From positions 1,144 to 65,143 of IMG/VR virus record IMGVR_UViG_3300033521_000004: a stretch of 64,000 nucleotides of DNA. One strand, written 5' to 3'. Below the pieces are notes generated by a model, which saw nothing but the letters and a program-made list of their open reading frames with translations, ran no database searches and had not been told where the DNA came from. Positions 9,421 to 18,173 of the stretch are shown here, in pieces. Origin of the DNA: a virus (lineage: Duplodnaviria > Caudoviricetes). Position numbers and translations under genes: made by a program. Position 1 is the stretch's first letter. Every line of letters starts with the position of its first letter.

Positions 9421-10107
9421 TTATCGAGTGTTTGGGATTACGTTGGGATTGGCCGGGGCCGTCATGTTGGGGTTGACCCCCGCTTCCACCTTCGCTTTGC
9501 CGGTGAGCGCGGCAATGTAGGCGTTCTGGTGTGCAGTCGCCCGGTTCTGGTCGGCCGCAAACTCGGTGTCCTTGCTGTAAGCGCGGTACAAGCAGTAGTC
9601 CAGCAGGATCGTCTGGTAGATGTCATCCAGCGTGATCGTGCCGCCCACCACGCAGTCGGTCGGGGCGGCACCGTAGATCAGCTCGACATAGTTCTGGTCT
9701 ACCGCCGGCTGGGGTGGGTAGACATAGAAGGTCTTGGGGTCGAGCACGGTGTACATATAGTGCTTGACCTCAACATCAGCCGTGGCCGCGTGCCAGTTCG
9801 GTACTTGCGAATCCAGAATCTCGCGCATGGTGATACGGATCGCGCGGCCCGGAGTCCCGCCAGACACCCCCATGTTTCGCACCACGTCGATCAGTTGCAC
9901 ACCATCGGCCGGCAGAGTCTGCTTGGTGCCGGTAGTGAGCTTGACGGCCGTGTTCTTGACAAAGGCGTTGGGCTTGTAGAGGACGATTTCGCGCTGGCCA
10001 TCGTTGACCCAGCCAAGCAGCTCCGCGTCTGGCCAGCGAATGCCGGTTGCGTCTTGGAGGATGGTCTGGACTTTTGAGATGACCGATGCGACGGTTACGG
10101 TTGCCAT
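9421..10107 (-). CDS. Head-tail adaptor / tail tubular protein (DUF6682-like)
   Basis: Start reassigned to ATG 10107 after an AAGGA RBS: MATVTVASVISKVQTILQDATGIRWPDAELLGWVNDGQREI...YCLYRAYSKD. Confidence 0.7.
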   Translation of the reverse strand: MATVTVASVISKVQTILQDATGIRWPDAELLGWVNDGQREIVLYKPNAFVKNTAVKLTTGTKQTLPADGVQLIDVVRNMGVSGGTPGRAIRITMREILDSQVPNWHAATADVEVKHYMYTVLDPKTFYVYPPQPAVDQNYVELIYGAAPTDCVVGGTITLDDIYQTILLDYCLYRAYSKDTEFAADQNRATAHQNAYIAALTGKAKVEAGVNPNMTAPANPNVIPNTR

Positions 10108-10117
10108 GGGTTTTCCT

Positions 10118-10756
10118 TCAATGTTGCGAGGTCGTGCGGTGTGCAGCGCGACCCAGAGCCGCCAGCGTCGAGGCCTTGGCGTTGGCAATCGAGCCTTGGA
10201 AATGCGATGCGTGGAATGCTCCGGTCTGCATGTCCGTCCAAGGCTTGTTTGGCATCATCATCAGACGAGCCATAGCGCCCTCGGCCAAGACGTACATGAA
10301 CTGGGTGAAGATCCACTTGGGGATGCCAACCGCCGACTGGCTTGGTTGCAAGGCCAGCGTCATCGTCAGGCCACCGGTGATGTTCGAGTCGGGCACCGCA
10401 GCCAGCAGGATCTGGTCGGTGTCCACTTGGGTGTAATACTTCGGCACCGCTTGGTTGGTGCGCCACCCGGGCAAGTTCTTGTCCAGCCATTCGACCGACT
10501 TGGCATCGAGCGGCACTTGGTTGTGCGACACATCCATTACGGCCGTCACATCGGCGCCGGTTTCAGGCTCAAGGTCGTAGTAGGCCTCTCCGGCCACCAC
10601 GTCGATAGGGTCAGGCATGAACTGCCAGATCCACGACCCGGCGCAGAACTCGATGCAGGCCCGCTTGATGGCGTATTCGGTGACCGGGATAGACGGATCT
10701 GCCGCCAACGATGGCAGCACGTCATCAATCAGGTCGGAATACTTGGAAATGAGCAC
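10118..10756 (-). CDS. Head completion / adaptor protein
   Basis: Likely GTG start at 10756 after GAGG; AIKRACIEFC...WQF pattern; lies between capsid accessory and tail genes. Confidence 0.6.
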   Translation of the reverse strand: MLISKYSDLIDDVLPSLAADPSIPVTEYAIKRACIEFCAGSWIWQFMPDPIDVVAGEAYYDLEPETGADVTAVMDVSHNQVPLDAKSVEWLDKNLPGWRTNQAVPKYYTQVDTDQILLAAVPDSNITGGLTMTLALQPSQSAVGIPKWIFTQFMYVLAEGAMARLMMMPNKPWTDMQTGAFHASHFQGSIANAKASTLAALGRAAHRTTSQH

Positions 10757-10782
10757 GGCAAGCCTCGTCTGGTATGGGCACA

Positions 10783-10809
10783 AGTATCAGCGAGCGTGCC
10801 CTATTTGAC
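10783..10809 (-). promoter_or_regulatory. Late promoter copy 1
   Basis: Minus strand GTCAAATAG-N12-GATACT. Confidence 0.7.
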
Positions 10810-10812
10810 TGT

Positions 10813-11235
10813 TCAATCGGGCTTGGGGCCGACGCCAATGGTCACGTCCAGATCGCGCTCGAACTCTTCGACCATGTCGATCAGAAGTTTCTTAGCCTTG
10901 CTCACGTCAATGTCCTTGCCAAACTTGTTCTTGGCATAGGCCACGATTTCAGCCTTGGTCATGCGCTCGATGGGCTTGTTGAACGAGGCCGGGTCAATGA
11001 TCACGGTGTCGCCGTCCTCGTCCACGACCTTAATGTCCTCTGGCACATCCACGCGGGCTTGGTCGTCCTCGTTTAGCAGCATCCATTGATCGGGGTAGCG
11101 CGTCAGGATCTTGGCCTGCGATTCGGTCACTTCTTGGATGTCGCCATATCCGTTCCAAGTAAGCCCAGAGCGGGCCACATTGTCATGGGCCGACGGCTTA
11201 TTGCCGACGTATTGGACTTGCACGAGCTGGGTCAT
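10813..11235 (-). CDS. Capsid-cluster protein with C-terminal HeH/Rho-N-like motif
   Basis: 140 aa; IERMTKAEIVAYAKNKFGKDID...KKLLIDMV. Confidence 0.55.
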   Translation of the reverse strand: MTQLVQVQYVGNKPSAHDNVARSGLTWNGYGDIQEVTESQAKILTRYPDQWMLLNEDDQARVDVPEDIKVVDEDGDTVIIDPASFNKPIERMTKAEIVAYAKNKFGKDIDVSKAKKLLIDMVEEFERDLDVTIGVGPKPD

Positions 11236-11252
11236 TGGTATTCCTTTGGTAC

Positions 11253-11285
11253 AAAAAAACAGGGCAGCACGAAGCCGCCCTGTTT
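11253..11285 (-). terminator. Rho-independent terminator after the capsid genes
   Basis: Minus strand ACAGGGCGGC-TTCG-TGCTGCCCTGT followed by a T run. Confidence 0.75.
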
Positions 11286-11311
11286 ACTCACTCACCGGGA
11301 GTCAGGGGCAA

Positions 11312-11719
11312 TTACTTGCCCTTGAACTCGTAGGTGGTCACCACGTCGAGCTGGCCAGTTGCCGCACCGCCGCCGATGGTGGCAGTGATGTAGGCGTCAT
11401 AAGCCAAGACGATCGGGGCCACGGCGCCTTCGCGGGTAGCGGCAGCGGAGACAGTCGAGGTAGCGGCCAGCAGGGCAGCAGCGCCACCGCCAGCTTGGCC
11501 ATCGACATATTCAAAACCCAGCGACACAGTGGTGGCTGCGCCGAGGGCGGCGTTGACCATCTTGATGTCGTAGATTTTGGTGCCGGCATACAGCTTGTTC
11601 AGGCGAACCTTGTCAGCGATAGCGGCAGCAGCCAGCGTCACATAACCGTGAGCGTTGGCAAGGGGGCAATCGCCGCTGTACTGAACGTCTTGCAGCGAGG
11701 GGGCATTGATAGTTGCCAT
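11312..11719 (-). CDS. Capsid decoration / cement protein
   Basis: 135 aa, Ala/Gly-rich beta protein directly downstream of the major capsid gene. Confidence 0.6.
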   Translation of the reverse strand: MATINAPSLQDVQYSGDCPLANAHGYVTLAAAAIADKVRLNKLYAGTKIYDIKMVNAALGAATTVSLGFEYVDGQAGGGAAALLAATSTVSAAATREGAVAPIVLAYDAYITATIGGGAATGQLDVVTTYEFKGK

Positions 11720-11769
11720 GTTTGATTCTCCAAAAAAGTTTCGTCAGAGAGGGGCCGAAGCCCCACTCA

Positions 11770-13038
11770 TTAGGAAGCCAGCAGCGTGCGTCCAGCAGCC
11801 GATGCGGGATCGGGTGCGTAGCTATCCACCACTGCAACACCGAAGTCGGTGTCAGCGCCGTCGATCTTGAAGCGGATCTTGGCGGCACCGGTCATCGCGG
11901 CAGCGACGGTTTCGATGCTATTGCCGTGGTCAACTTCCTTCTCCGACCAGTCGTAGAAGTAGTCGGAAGCCGACTTGCCGTAGGCCTTGGCCAGAGCTTG
12001 CGCACCAACGATGATGGCGCGGTCAACGGGCTGGGTGGTGGTGGCGCTGGCCTCGGTGTAGGTCAGGCCATCGGCGCCGCCGGTGTCATAGGTCACGCTG
12101 TCGCCGGCGTTGAAACGGATCGCGTAGCGGTTCATGCGCTTGATCAGCACACCGTTCCACATGATCGTCTCGTAGGCGTCGAACAGGGGGTGCTTGACAC
12201 TGCCGTTCTTGCGCTCGAAGGCGTACTGCACAGCCTGACGCCATGTGGTCTGGCCGGTGCGGGATTGCAGGTACAGCCACTGGCGCTCGGTCACGAACAT
12301 GACCCACAGGGGATCATTCCATGCGCGGTCGTCGCCCTTGACCTTGACGGTCTGCATGACCACCGGGGACTCGCGGAGCTGGGCCACGATGCGGTCGATG
12401 TCTTGCAGGGTCAGCGCGTCATTGGTGCCCACGTCGGCCGGGGTGGTCGCGTCATTGGCAGCAAAGTAGCGGTTCTTGGTCGGTGCCTTCACGGCATTGA
12501 CCATGATTTCGGAGAAGTCCGGGTCAGTGCTTGCGGGGACAACCCAGTCGGTAGTGGACTGAGCGCCGCGAGCGCCGGCCAGATGCACCAGAGCGGTTTG
12601 GTCTTCCAGACGCTGCATCCAAGCCTGAATGCCGGCCATGGAGATGTTGCGCAGGTTGTGCACAGTGCGCTTCTGGGTCATGCGGCCACCAGAGTCAGCG
12701 CCACCGCGAACTTGGTTGATCTGCACGTCCATGCTGGAGTAGGTGAGCTGCATCATGCGGCCTTCGATGCGCTTGTCGCCCATCACCGGCTTGCCTTGCA
12801 GAATGTTGAACAGGTCAATGCTGACCGTGTCGCCAGCGCCCTTGGCCAAGTCACCGGCCTTCACGACGGGGTAGTCGGGGCTGGTCTGGCCTTTGGTCTT
12901 GGCCGCGAAAGAACCTTCCTTCGGCATTTCGCCGGAGAGCAGATTCATGAAACCGGGAGTGTGTTGCACGCGAGTGAACAGACCCACCGAGTAGATTTTC
13001 CGCGCTAACGCGGAACCGACTGGGATAGTAGTAGCCAT
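11770..13038 (-). CDS. Major capsid protein (N4-gp56 / DUF4043-like)
   Basis: 422 aa; DLAKGAGDTVSIDLF, KGDDR, GAQALAKAYG, EKEVDHGNSIE motifs; follows the scaffold gene. Confidence 0.85.
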   Translation of the reverse strand: MATTIPVGSALARKIYSVGLFTRVQHTPGFMNLLSGEMPKEGSFAAKTKGQTSPDYPVVKAGDLAKGAGDTVSIDLFNILQGKPVMGDKRIEGRMMQLTYSSMDVQINQVRGGADSGGRMTQKRTVHNLRNISMAGIQAWMQRLEDQTALVHLAGARGAQSTTDWVVPASTDPDFSEIMVNAVKAPTKNRYFAANDATTPADVGTNDALTLQDIDRIVAQLRESPVVMQTVKVKGDDRAWNDPLWVMFVTERQWLYLQSRTGQTTWRQAVQYAFERKNGSVKHPLFDAYETIMWNGVLIKRMNRYAIRFNAGDSVTYDTGGADGLTYTEASATTTQPVDRAIIVGAQALAKAYGKSASDYFYDWSEKEVDHGNSIETVAAAMTGAAKIRFKIDGADTDFGVAVVDSYAPDPASAAGRTLLAS

Positions 13039-13045
13039 TTAAGCC

Positions 13046-14041
13046 TCACAAAGTTTGGAAATACGCATCCATTTGATCCGGCGTCATCTTGGACATGAAC
13101 TCGGCAAGTTGCATGGGTGTCATGTTCTCTGCCGCTTGTCTCTCGTCCATAGCCGCCGGCTCGCCTACTGGGAACTCGGAAAGCGAGGTCGGCACTGCCG
13201 TCTTGTTCGCCTTCGTTGCAGCGTCGGCCTTGGCCTTCGCAGCAGCTTTCAAGTCCACCTGTGTCGTCTTGGCTTGACCCGGTACTTCGATAGCTCCCAA
13301 TGCGGCCTCCACCATCTCGGTCACCTTCTCGAACCGCTCTGACAAGCTGGCGTTAGCCCACTTGCTTTGCGATCGCAAGGTCGCGTCGAACTGCTTTGCC
13401 AGCTCAAACGCCTCTGGATTTGACGACTGAATGTGTGCGAGCTTGGGGATCGAGTCGATTGCATCCTGCACGGTTTCCTGTGCTGAACGCGCTTGATCGG
13501 CCTGTGCCTCGCGCACTGTTGCTTCCACCGGCTGCAACTTAGCTTCAAGCGCCTTGGCCGCAGCCATCGACGCCATCACTGCCTTGTAGACAGTCGGGAA
13601 GTCCTCTTTCAGAGTCTCCAGATCCTCGGGTGAAAGGTCACTTACAGGCGTGGTTGGATTCTCGGTGCGGGCGCTCTCACCAGTTTTCGCCCCTTCACTT
13701 GCCGCCTTCGTCATGGCTTCAAGCTCGGCCACTCGCGTTTTCATCTCTTCGGCCAATTGCTCGGCACGAGAGGCACGCTCGCGTTCGCTCTTGAGCACCG
13801 CATACGGGATTACTCGCTTCCCGTCCTTGGTGGCCACGCCTTCCGGCTCGGCATCGCTCAAACCATCTTGCTGTTGGGTCTTACCTTCCGGTTCGGTCTT
13901 GCTTGCAGCAGCCGGCGCAGGATCTGGGTCTGCTGGTTTAGGGTCGCTCGAAACGGGCGTGTCGCCTGCCTCAAGAGCTTCAAAAGCCTTCGCCAGAGAT
14001 TCCGGGTCAGTCGCCAAATTGTCCAAGTCAAAACCTGCCAT
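13046..14041 (-). CDS. Capsid scaffolding protein
   Basis: Acidic, Pro-rich and coiled-coil; VIPYAVLKSERERA motif; directly upstream of the capsid gene. Confidence 0.75.
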   Translation of the reverse strand: MAGFDLDNLATDPESLAKAFEALEAGDTPVSSDPKPADPDPAPAAASKTEPEGKTQQQDGLSDAEPEGVATKDGKRVIPYAVLKSERERASRAEQLAEEMKTRVAELEAMTKAASEGAKTGESARTENPTTPVSDLSPEDLETLKEDFPTVYKAVMASMAAAKALEAKLQPVEATVREAQADQARSAQETVQDAIDSIPKLAHIQSSNPEAFELAKQFDATLRSQSKWANASLSERFEKVTEMVEAALGAIEVPGQAKTTQVDLKAAAKAKADAATKANKTAVPTSLSEFPVGEPAAMDERQAAENMTPMQLAEFMSKMTPDQMDAYFQTL

Positions 14042-14132
14042 TCACTTCACTCCACTTATCGCGTTGGTTGCGGAAATCCATCAAGGCGGGCCAATAACCC
14101 ATGGCGGGGAATACTGCCTATCAGGTATGCCG

Positions 14133-14159
14133 AGTATCTAACTGCCCGCGCTATTTGAC
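14133..14159 (-). promoter_or_regulatory. Late promoter copy 2 (scaffold-capsid operon)
   Basis: GTCAAATAG-N12-GATACT, just downstream of the terminator at 14180-14205. Confidence 0.75.
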
Positions 14160-14179
14160 TGTTTCGCTCTCATGCTGGC

Positions 14180-14205
14180 AAAAAAAAGACCCGCCGAAGC
14201 GGGTC
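14180..14205 (-). terminator. Rho-independent terminator
   Basis: Minus strand GACCCGC-TTCG-GCGGGTC followed by T8. Confidence 0.85.
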
Positions 14206-14230
14206 AACGCACTTACCGTAGGGAACACAC

Positions 14231-14620
14231 TCAAGACAATCGGCGCAACTTGTAGATGGTGCGAAAGTACAGCATCTCGACTTCGTCAATCAGGTTTTGC
14301 AATGGGGTTTCATCCTTGGGCACGGCTGTGTAACGGGTAACCCGGATCCACTTTTGCTGGCTGCGCAGGACTTCAATAATGGGGGCGCCTGAGTTGTTGG
14401 CTACAAGCGGCACATCGAGGATGCAATCGAAACATCCTTGGTAGCCTTCAACGAACGTATCGGCCAGATCGCCAATGGCGTTGTAGAAATCACCCAGCGC
14501 CATGTGTTTCGCATACGACCCCGGGCCTTGAACTTTCAAGTGCTCGCGGTGCGCAACCTCGCGGGCCAGCAACAGCGTGCCTGCGAGGATGCCTGCGTTT
14601 TTGTGATCGGCCATGCTCAA
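14231..14620 (-). CDS. Ferritin/Dps-like four-helix protein (DUF5856-like)
   Basis: AHREHL...SYAKHMALGDFYNAIGDLADTFVEGYQG...LIDEVEMLY..YKL. Confidence 0.55.
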   Translation of the reverse strand: MSMADHKNAGILAGTLLLAREVAHREHLKVQGPGSYAKHMALGDFYNAIGDLADTFVEGYQGCFDCILDVPLVANNSGAPIIEVLRSQQKWIRVTRYTAVPKDETPLQNLIDEVEMLYFRTIYKLRRLS

Positions 14621-14889
14621 TACTCGGCAATGATGCCGGTTGCAGCCGTGCCGGTGGCCCAGACGCGCTTCACGCGCATCATGTGTCGGCCAGCGGCCAT
14701 GGTCGGATAAGTCACCACCGTGCCATCGAACATGGTTACCTTGAGCGCCCCGGCCACGCTGATATACAGCGCGAGGGTGAACTCGGGCAGATCGGTGGCG
14801 TCATTCGGGGTGACGGCCACAGCTCCGGTGATTGGGCTGGCCAGTACCAGCGCCTTACCGGTATGCCGCGACTTGATGTTGGTGGACAT
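14617..14889 (-). CDS. Head spike base protein (RcGTA Rcc01079-like)
   Basis: AVAVTPNDATDLP...ALYISVAGALKVTM.DG..VTY....G...RVKRVWATGTAATGI matches the family pattern as I recall it. Confidence 0.7.
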   Translation of the reverse strand: MSTNIKSRHTGKALVLASPITGAVAVTPNDATDLPEFTLALYISVAGALKVTMFDGTVVTYPTMAAGRHMMRVKRVWATGTAATGIIAEY

Positions 14890-14914
14890 TGACTATGCTC
14901 CTTGCAGTGCTTCG

Positions 14915-14941
14915 AGTGTTGCAGATCCGGTGCTATTTGAT
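14915..14941 (-). promoter_or_regulatory. Late promoter copy 3
   Basis: ATCAAATAG-N12-AACACT in the intergenic gap before the spike-base gene. Confidence 0.55.
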
Positions 14942-14944
14942 TTC

Positions 14945-15556
14945 CTATGGCCACTCGGATGCTGTCAGAAGCATGAGAATGCGTTTGCGCTCTTCGCCTG
15001 CCTCGGCCGCAACCCGCGCGGCGTAGTCCTCGAAGTCAAAGCTCCAGCCCGCGCTAAGGCTTGGCATCTCGCGCAGCATGGGCCGGAACATGGGCACTTC
15101 AATGATCCGGTCGTTCTCGGTCTTGACCATGAACGTGCGGGCCAGCTTCTTCTCCTGCCGCTCCAGCTCGGTCTTGCCGGATGGGGGTGCCTTGGCTGCG
15201 GCCTCGATGATGTCGATCAGGCCCGGGGTGAACGGGTCGTACTCCTTGCCGTCGATGACCACCTTCTGCAACCGCTCGGCCACCCGGTCGGAGTCGTAGG
15301 CGCGGTCGTCCGAATTGCGGCTGGTGCGCTCTAGGTAGTGCGGCCGGCCACCGCCAAGACCGTCGCCCTGCTTGACCTCGTACTGGGTCAGCGGCAGGTA
15401 GTGTGGCCACATCAGCAAGGCGCCCGGGATCGAGCGCCACAGCACGCCGGCCGCGTCGGTTAGCTCGCCTCCAGACTCGTCATAGACGTGCCACTTCCCA
15501 TCGACCAGAATCTTTTGGCCGACGAGGATTTCATAGATTTGGTCTTCAACCGCCAT
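14945..15556 (-). CDS. Hypothetical protein in the head-fibre module
   Basis: 203 aa ORF with phage-like codon usage; no motif recognised. Confidence 0.55.
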   Translation of the reverse strand: MAVEDQIYEILVGQKILVDGKWHVYDESGGELTDAAGVLWRSIPGALLMWPHYLPLTQYEVKQGDGLGGGRPHYLERTSRNSDDRAYDSDRVAERLQKVVIDGKEYDPFTPGLIDIIEAAAKAPPSGKTELERQEKKLARTFMVKTENDRIIEVPMFRPMLREMPSLSAGWSFDFEDYAARVAAEAGEERKRILMLLTASEWP

Positions 15557-18002
15557 ACGGGGTTAGCCTGTCGATTCTGGCCAACCCCAGCCCACGGAAG
15601 GGGATAGACCCTGCCGCGTCTTCCCAAGCGTTAGCCTGCATGAATATCGTCACGCCGTCGTCGTAATAGACGTTGAACTTGCCCGTGGTCGCGTCCAGCT
15701 CCTGCCTATTGGACAGAAGGCGATAGATGTCCGATAGCCTATCGCCCAAGCGCGGCGGATAGATCGTGTTCTGGTTGACCAGCAGCGGAACGGTAATCTG
15801 CGCCGCGCCCTGATTGAACGACGGCGGGAAGATGGTGTTCGAGTTGGCCAGCAGCGGCGGGGCGATGTCCTTGTACGCCGCCAGCACTGGCGCAAAGACC
15901 GCGCTGGTGTTGGTCAGAAGGCTCGCAGCCAGCGCCACCGCGCCGGGGATTACCGTGGGCGTAAAGAATGCGTTGGTGGTGTCCACCAAAGGCGGCGCCA
16001 GTGTCGCTGCCCCCACCGCCACCGAAGGCGGGAAGAAGCTCTGGACGTTGGCCACGAGCGACGGCACCAGCGTCGAGATGGCCAAGACGGTAGGCGCAGA
16101 CACCGTATTGGCGTTGGACACCAACGACGGAGCCAGCGTTACCGCTCCGGGTGTTACCGTTGGCGCAAACACCGCATTGGCGTTGTCCACCAGTGGCGGT
16201 GCCAACGAGGCGCCTTGTGTAAGCGTCGGCGCAAAGAAGCTCTGCGTATTGGTCAGCAGAGCTGGCGTCAGCGTGACAGCACCCACCGTAACGGTCGGAG
16301 CATTGACCGTGCTGGCATTGGTCAGCAGGCTTGGCGCCAGCGTGATCGCACCGACGGAAACCGTTGGCGAGAACACCGTATTGGTGTTTGTGACCAGCGA
16401 TGGCGTCAGTGTGACCGCGCCGGTGGCGACTGTTGGCGCAAACAGGGTATTGCTGTTGGTCAGCAGCCCGGGGGCAAGTGTGGTCGCTCCAACTGCCACT
16501 GTCGGCGCAAACAGCGAATTGCTGTTGGTCAGCAGGGTCGGCGTCAGCGTCTGTGTTGCCCCGGCTCCTTGCGAAACCGTGGGGGCGAACAGGGTATTGC
16601 TGTTGCTGACCAGTGACGGGGTCAGGGTCACCGCGCCGGTGGTGACGGTCGGGCCGAAGAACGACTGAGCGTTGGTCAGCAGCGACGGAGCCAGCGTAGA
16701 TGCGCCAACCCCAACGGTCGGGGCAAAAAAGGTCTGGCTGTTGGTAACGAGACTCGGTGAGAGCGTCACCGCTCCGCGTGTCACCGTCGGGGCAAACAGT
16801 GTATTGGTGTTAGTTACCAGCGACGGGGTCAGCGTGACTGCGCCAACCGTTGCCGTTGGGGCAAACAGTGTGTTTGCGTTTGTGACCAGACTGGGGGAGA
16901 GTGTCTGGGCACCGCCACCGGCTACGGCCACCGTAGGGGCGTAGAAAGTTTGGCTGTTGGTTGTCAGCGCAGGCGACAGGGTCTGCGTGGCAGGCCCGCC
17001 GCTCGAAGCTACGACAGGGCCGCTCCATGTGCCAGCCGCCACCGCACCGCCAACATCGTGCCAAGCTGCACCAGCCACCGCAGTTGCGCTGACGGACGTG
17101 TAAACGGTGCTGGATGTGACTGTGCCGTTGCTGTCGGTCACCACGCAGTCATACGCGCCACCGTTGTCCACCAGCCCGAGAGCCGGTGTCGTGTAGCTCG
17201 AAGACGTGGCGAGGCTGATGTTGACGCCACCCTTGCGCCACTGGTAGGACAGACCAGTGCCTTCTGTTGTGGCGGTCAGGCTGAATGTGACCGTGCTGCC
17301 TTCAATGACGCCTTTGTCTTTTGGCTGAACGGTGATCGTCGGCCCAAGCGAAACCGCTTGCAGGCCAATGCCGACCATCGTCTCCTGCACGGAGTTGGCG
17401 TTGATACCGTTGGTGAAGTTGTATGCGCCAGCAGCCGGATAAATCCGGTACTCGGACGAGACACCCATTGCCCCGGTGAAGTTGTCCGAGTAATTCTGCG
17501 TGTTGCCCGCACCAACCCCGATAGAGCCGCCGTTGTCAGTGAACGCGGTAATGGCCGTGATTGGCGAGTTTGGTCGGCTCAAGCCAATCGCAGGAAGCGA
17601 GGCGTTAGTGGTCGCGCCGGAAGTGACTGCGTAACTGGCGGGCGATCCTTCGAGGATCAGCGGGCCAATGCCAGTCCATCGCTCCACCACAATGTCTTTG
17701 CGTGTCGGTGTACCGGTGACGCCAGCGACAGTCACCGTCATGCTTGCGCCGCCGACCGTGACCGGGGCGGTGAAGATCACAACGCTGGAGCCACCAGCCG
17801 CTGCGGCAACGCGCCGGGTGTAGGTGTTGCCTAGAGTGTCGGAGCAGGTCGCAGCAGCGTAGGACGGGGTGGTGCCAGCAACCGCAGCCTTGACCACAAT
17901 GACCTGCCCGACAGCAGGAGTAGTCAGTGCTGGCGAAGTGATCGACGTTGCTGCGCTTGTTACGCCTGTCGATACGGTTGTAACAAGGGTGGGCACTGCC
18001 AT
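15546..18002 (-). CDS. Virion fibre protein with an Ig-like domain and a 23-aa repeat stalk
   Basis: Ig I-set-like PTITVQP...TVTFSLTA...LSYQWRKGG...GAYDCVVTDSNG; about 18 repeats follow. Confidence 0.75.
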   Translation of the reverse strand: MAVPTLVTTVSTGVTSAATSITSPALTTPAVGQVIVVKAAVAGTTPSYAAATCSDTLGNTYTRRVAAAAGGSSVVIFTAPVTVGGASMTVTVAGVTGTPTRKDIVVERWTGIGPLILEGSPASYAVTSGATTNASLPAIGLSRPNSPITAITAFTDNGGSIGVGAGNTQNYSDNFTGAMGVSSEYRIYPAAGAYNFTNGINANSVQETMVGIGLQAVSLGPTITVQPKDKGVIEGSTVTFSLTATTEGTGLSYQWRKGGVNISLATSSSYTTPALGLVDNGGAYDCVVTDSNGTVTSSTVYTSVSATAVAGAAWHDVGGAVAAGTWSGPVVASSGGPATQTLSPALTTNSQTFYAPTVAVAGGGAQTLSPSLVTNANTLFAPTATVGAVTLTPSLVTNTNTLFAPTVTRGAVTLSPSLVTNSQTFFAPTVGVGASTLAPSLLTNAQSFFGPTVTTGAVTLTPSLVSNSNTLFAPTVSQGAGATQTLTPTLLTNSNSLFAPTVAVGATTLAPGLLTNSNTLFAPTVATGAVTLTPSLVTNTNTVFSPTVSVGAITLAPSLLTNASTVNAPTVTVGAVTLTPALLTNTQSFFAPTLTQGASLAPPLVDNANAVFAPTVTPGAVTLAPSLVSNANTVSAPTVLAISTLVPSLVANVQSFFPPSVAVGAATLAPPLVDTTNAFFTPTVIPGAVALAASLLTNTSAVFAPVLAAYKDIAPPLLANSNTIFPPSFNQGAAQITVPLLVNQNTIYPPRLGDRLSDIYRLLSNRQELDATTGKFNVYYDDGVTIFMQANAWEDAAGSIPFRGLGLARIDRLTPYGG
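15745..16990 (-). repeat. About 18 tandem 23-aa repeats
   Basis: Consensus (V/T)TL(A/T/S)PSL(V/L)TN(S/T/A)(N/Q)T(L/F/V)FAPTV-(V/T)GA. Confidence 0.9.
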
Positions 18003-18011
18003 AGCGCGACC

Positions 18012-18173
18012 TTATTCGGTAGGCAGGTCAATCACTACGGGCTGATTTCCTTCAACCTGAACCCAGTAGAGGTAAGCCAGAAAATCTGCATCGTCGGGAG
18101 ACTGGCACGGAGCCACCACTTTCCCATCGGAAACTCGGACGACCTCGCCGGTAGAGAGGGTTATTTCGTACAT
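18012..18173 (-). CDS. 53-aa fibre-associated chaperone-like protein (not in the ORF track)
   Basis: MYEITLSTGEVVRVSDGKVVAPCQSPDDADFLAYLYWVQVEGNQPVVIDLPTE; TGATG overlap with the upstream stop. Confidence 0.55.
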   Translation of the reverse strand: MYEITLSTGEVVRVSDGKVVAPCQSPDDADFLAYLYWVQVEGNQPVVIDLPTE

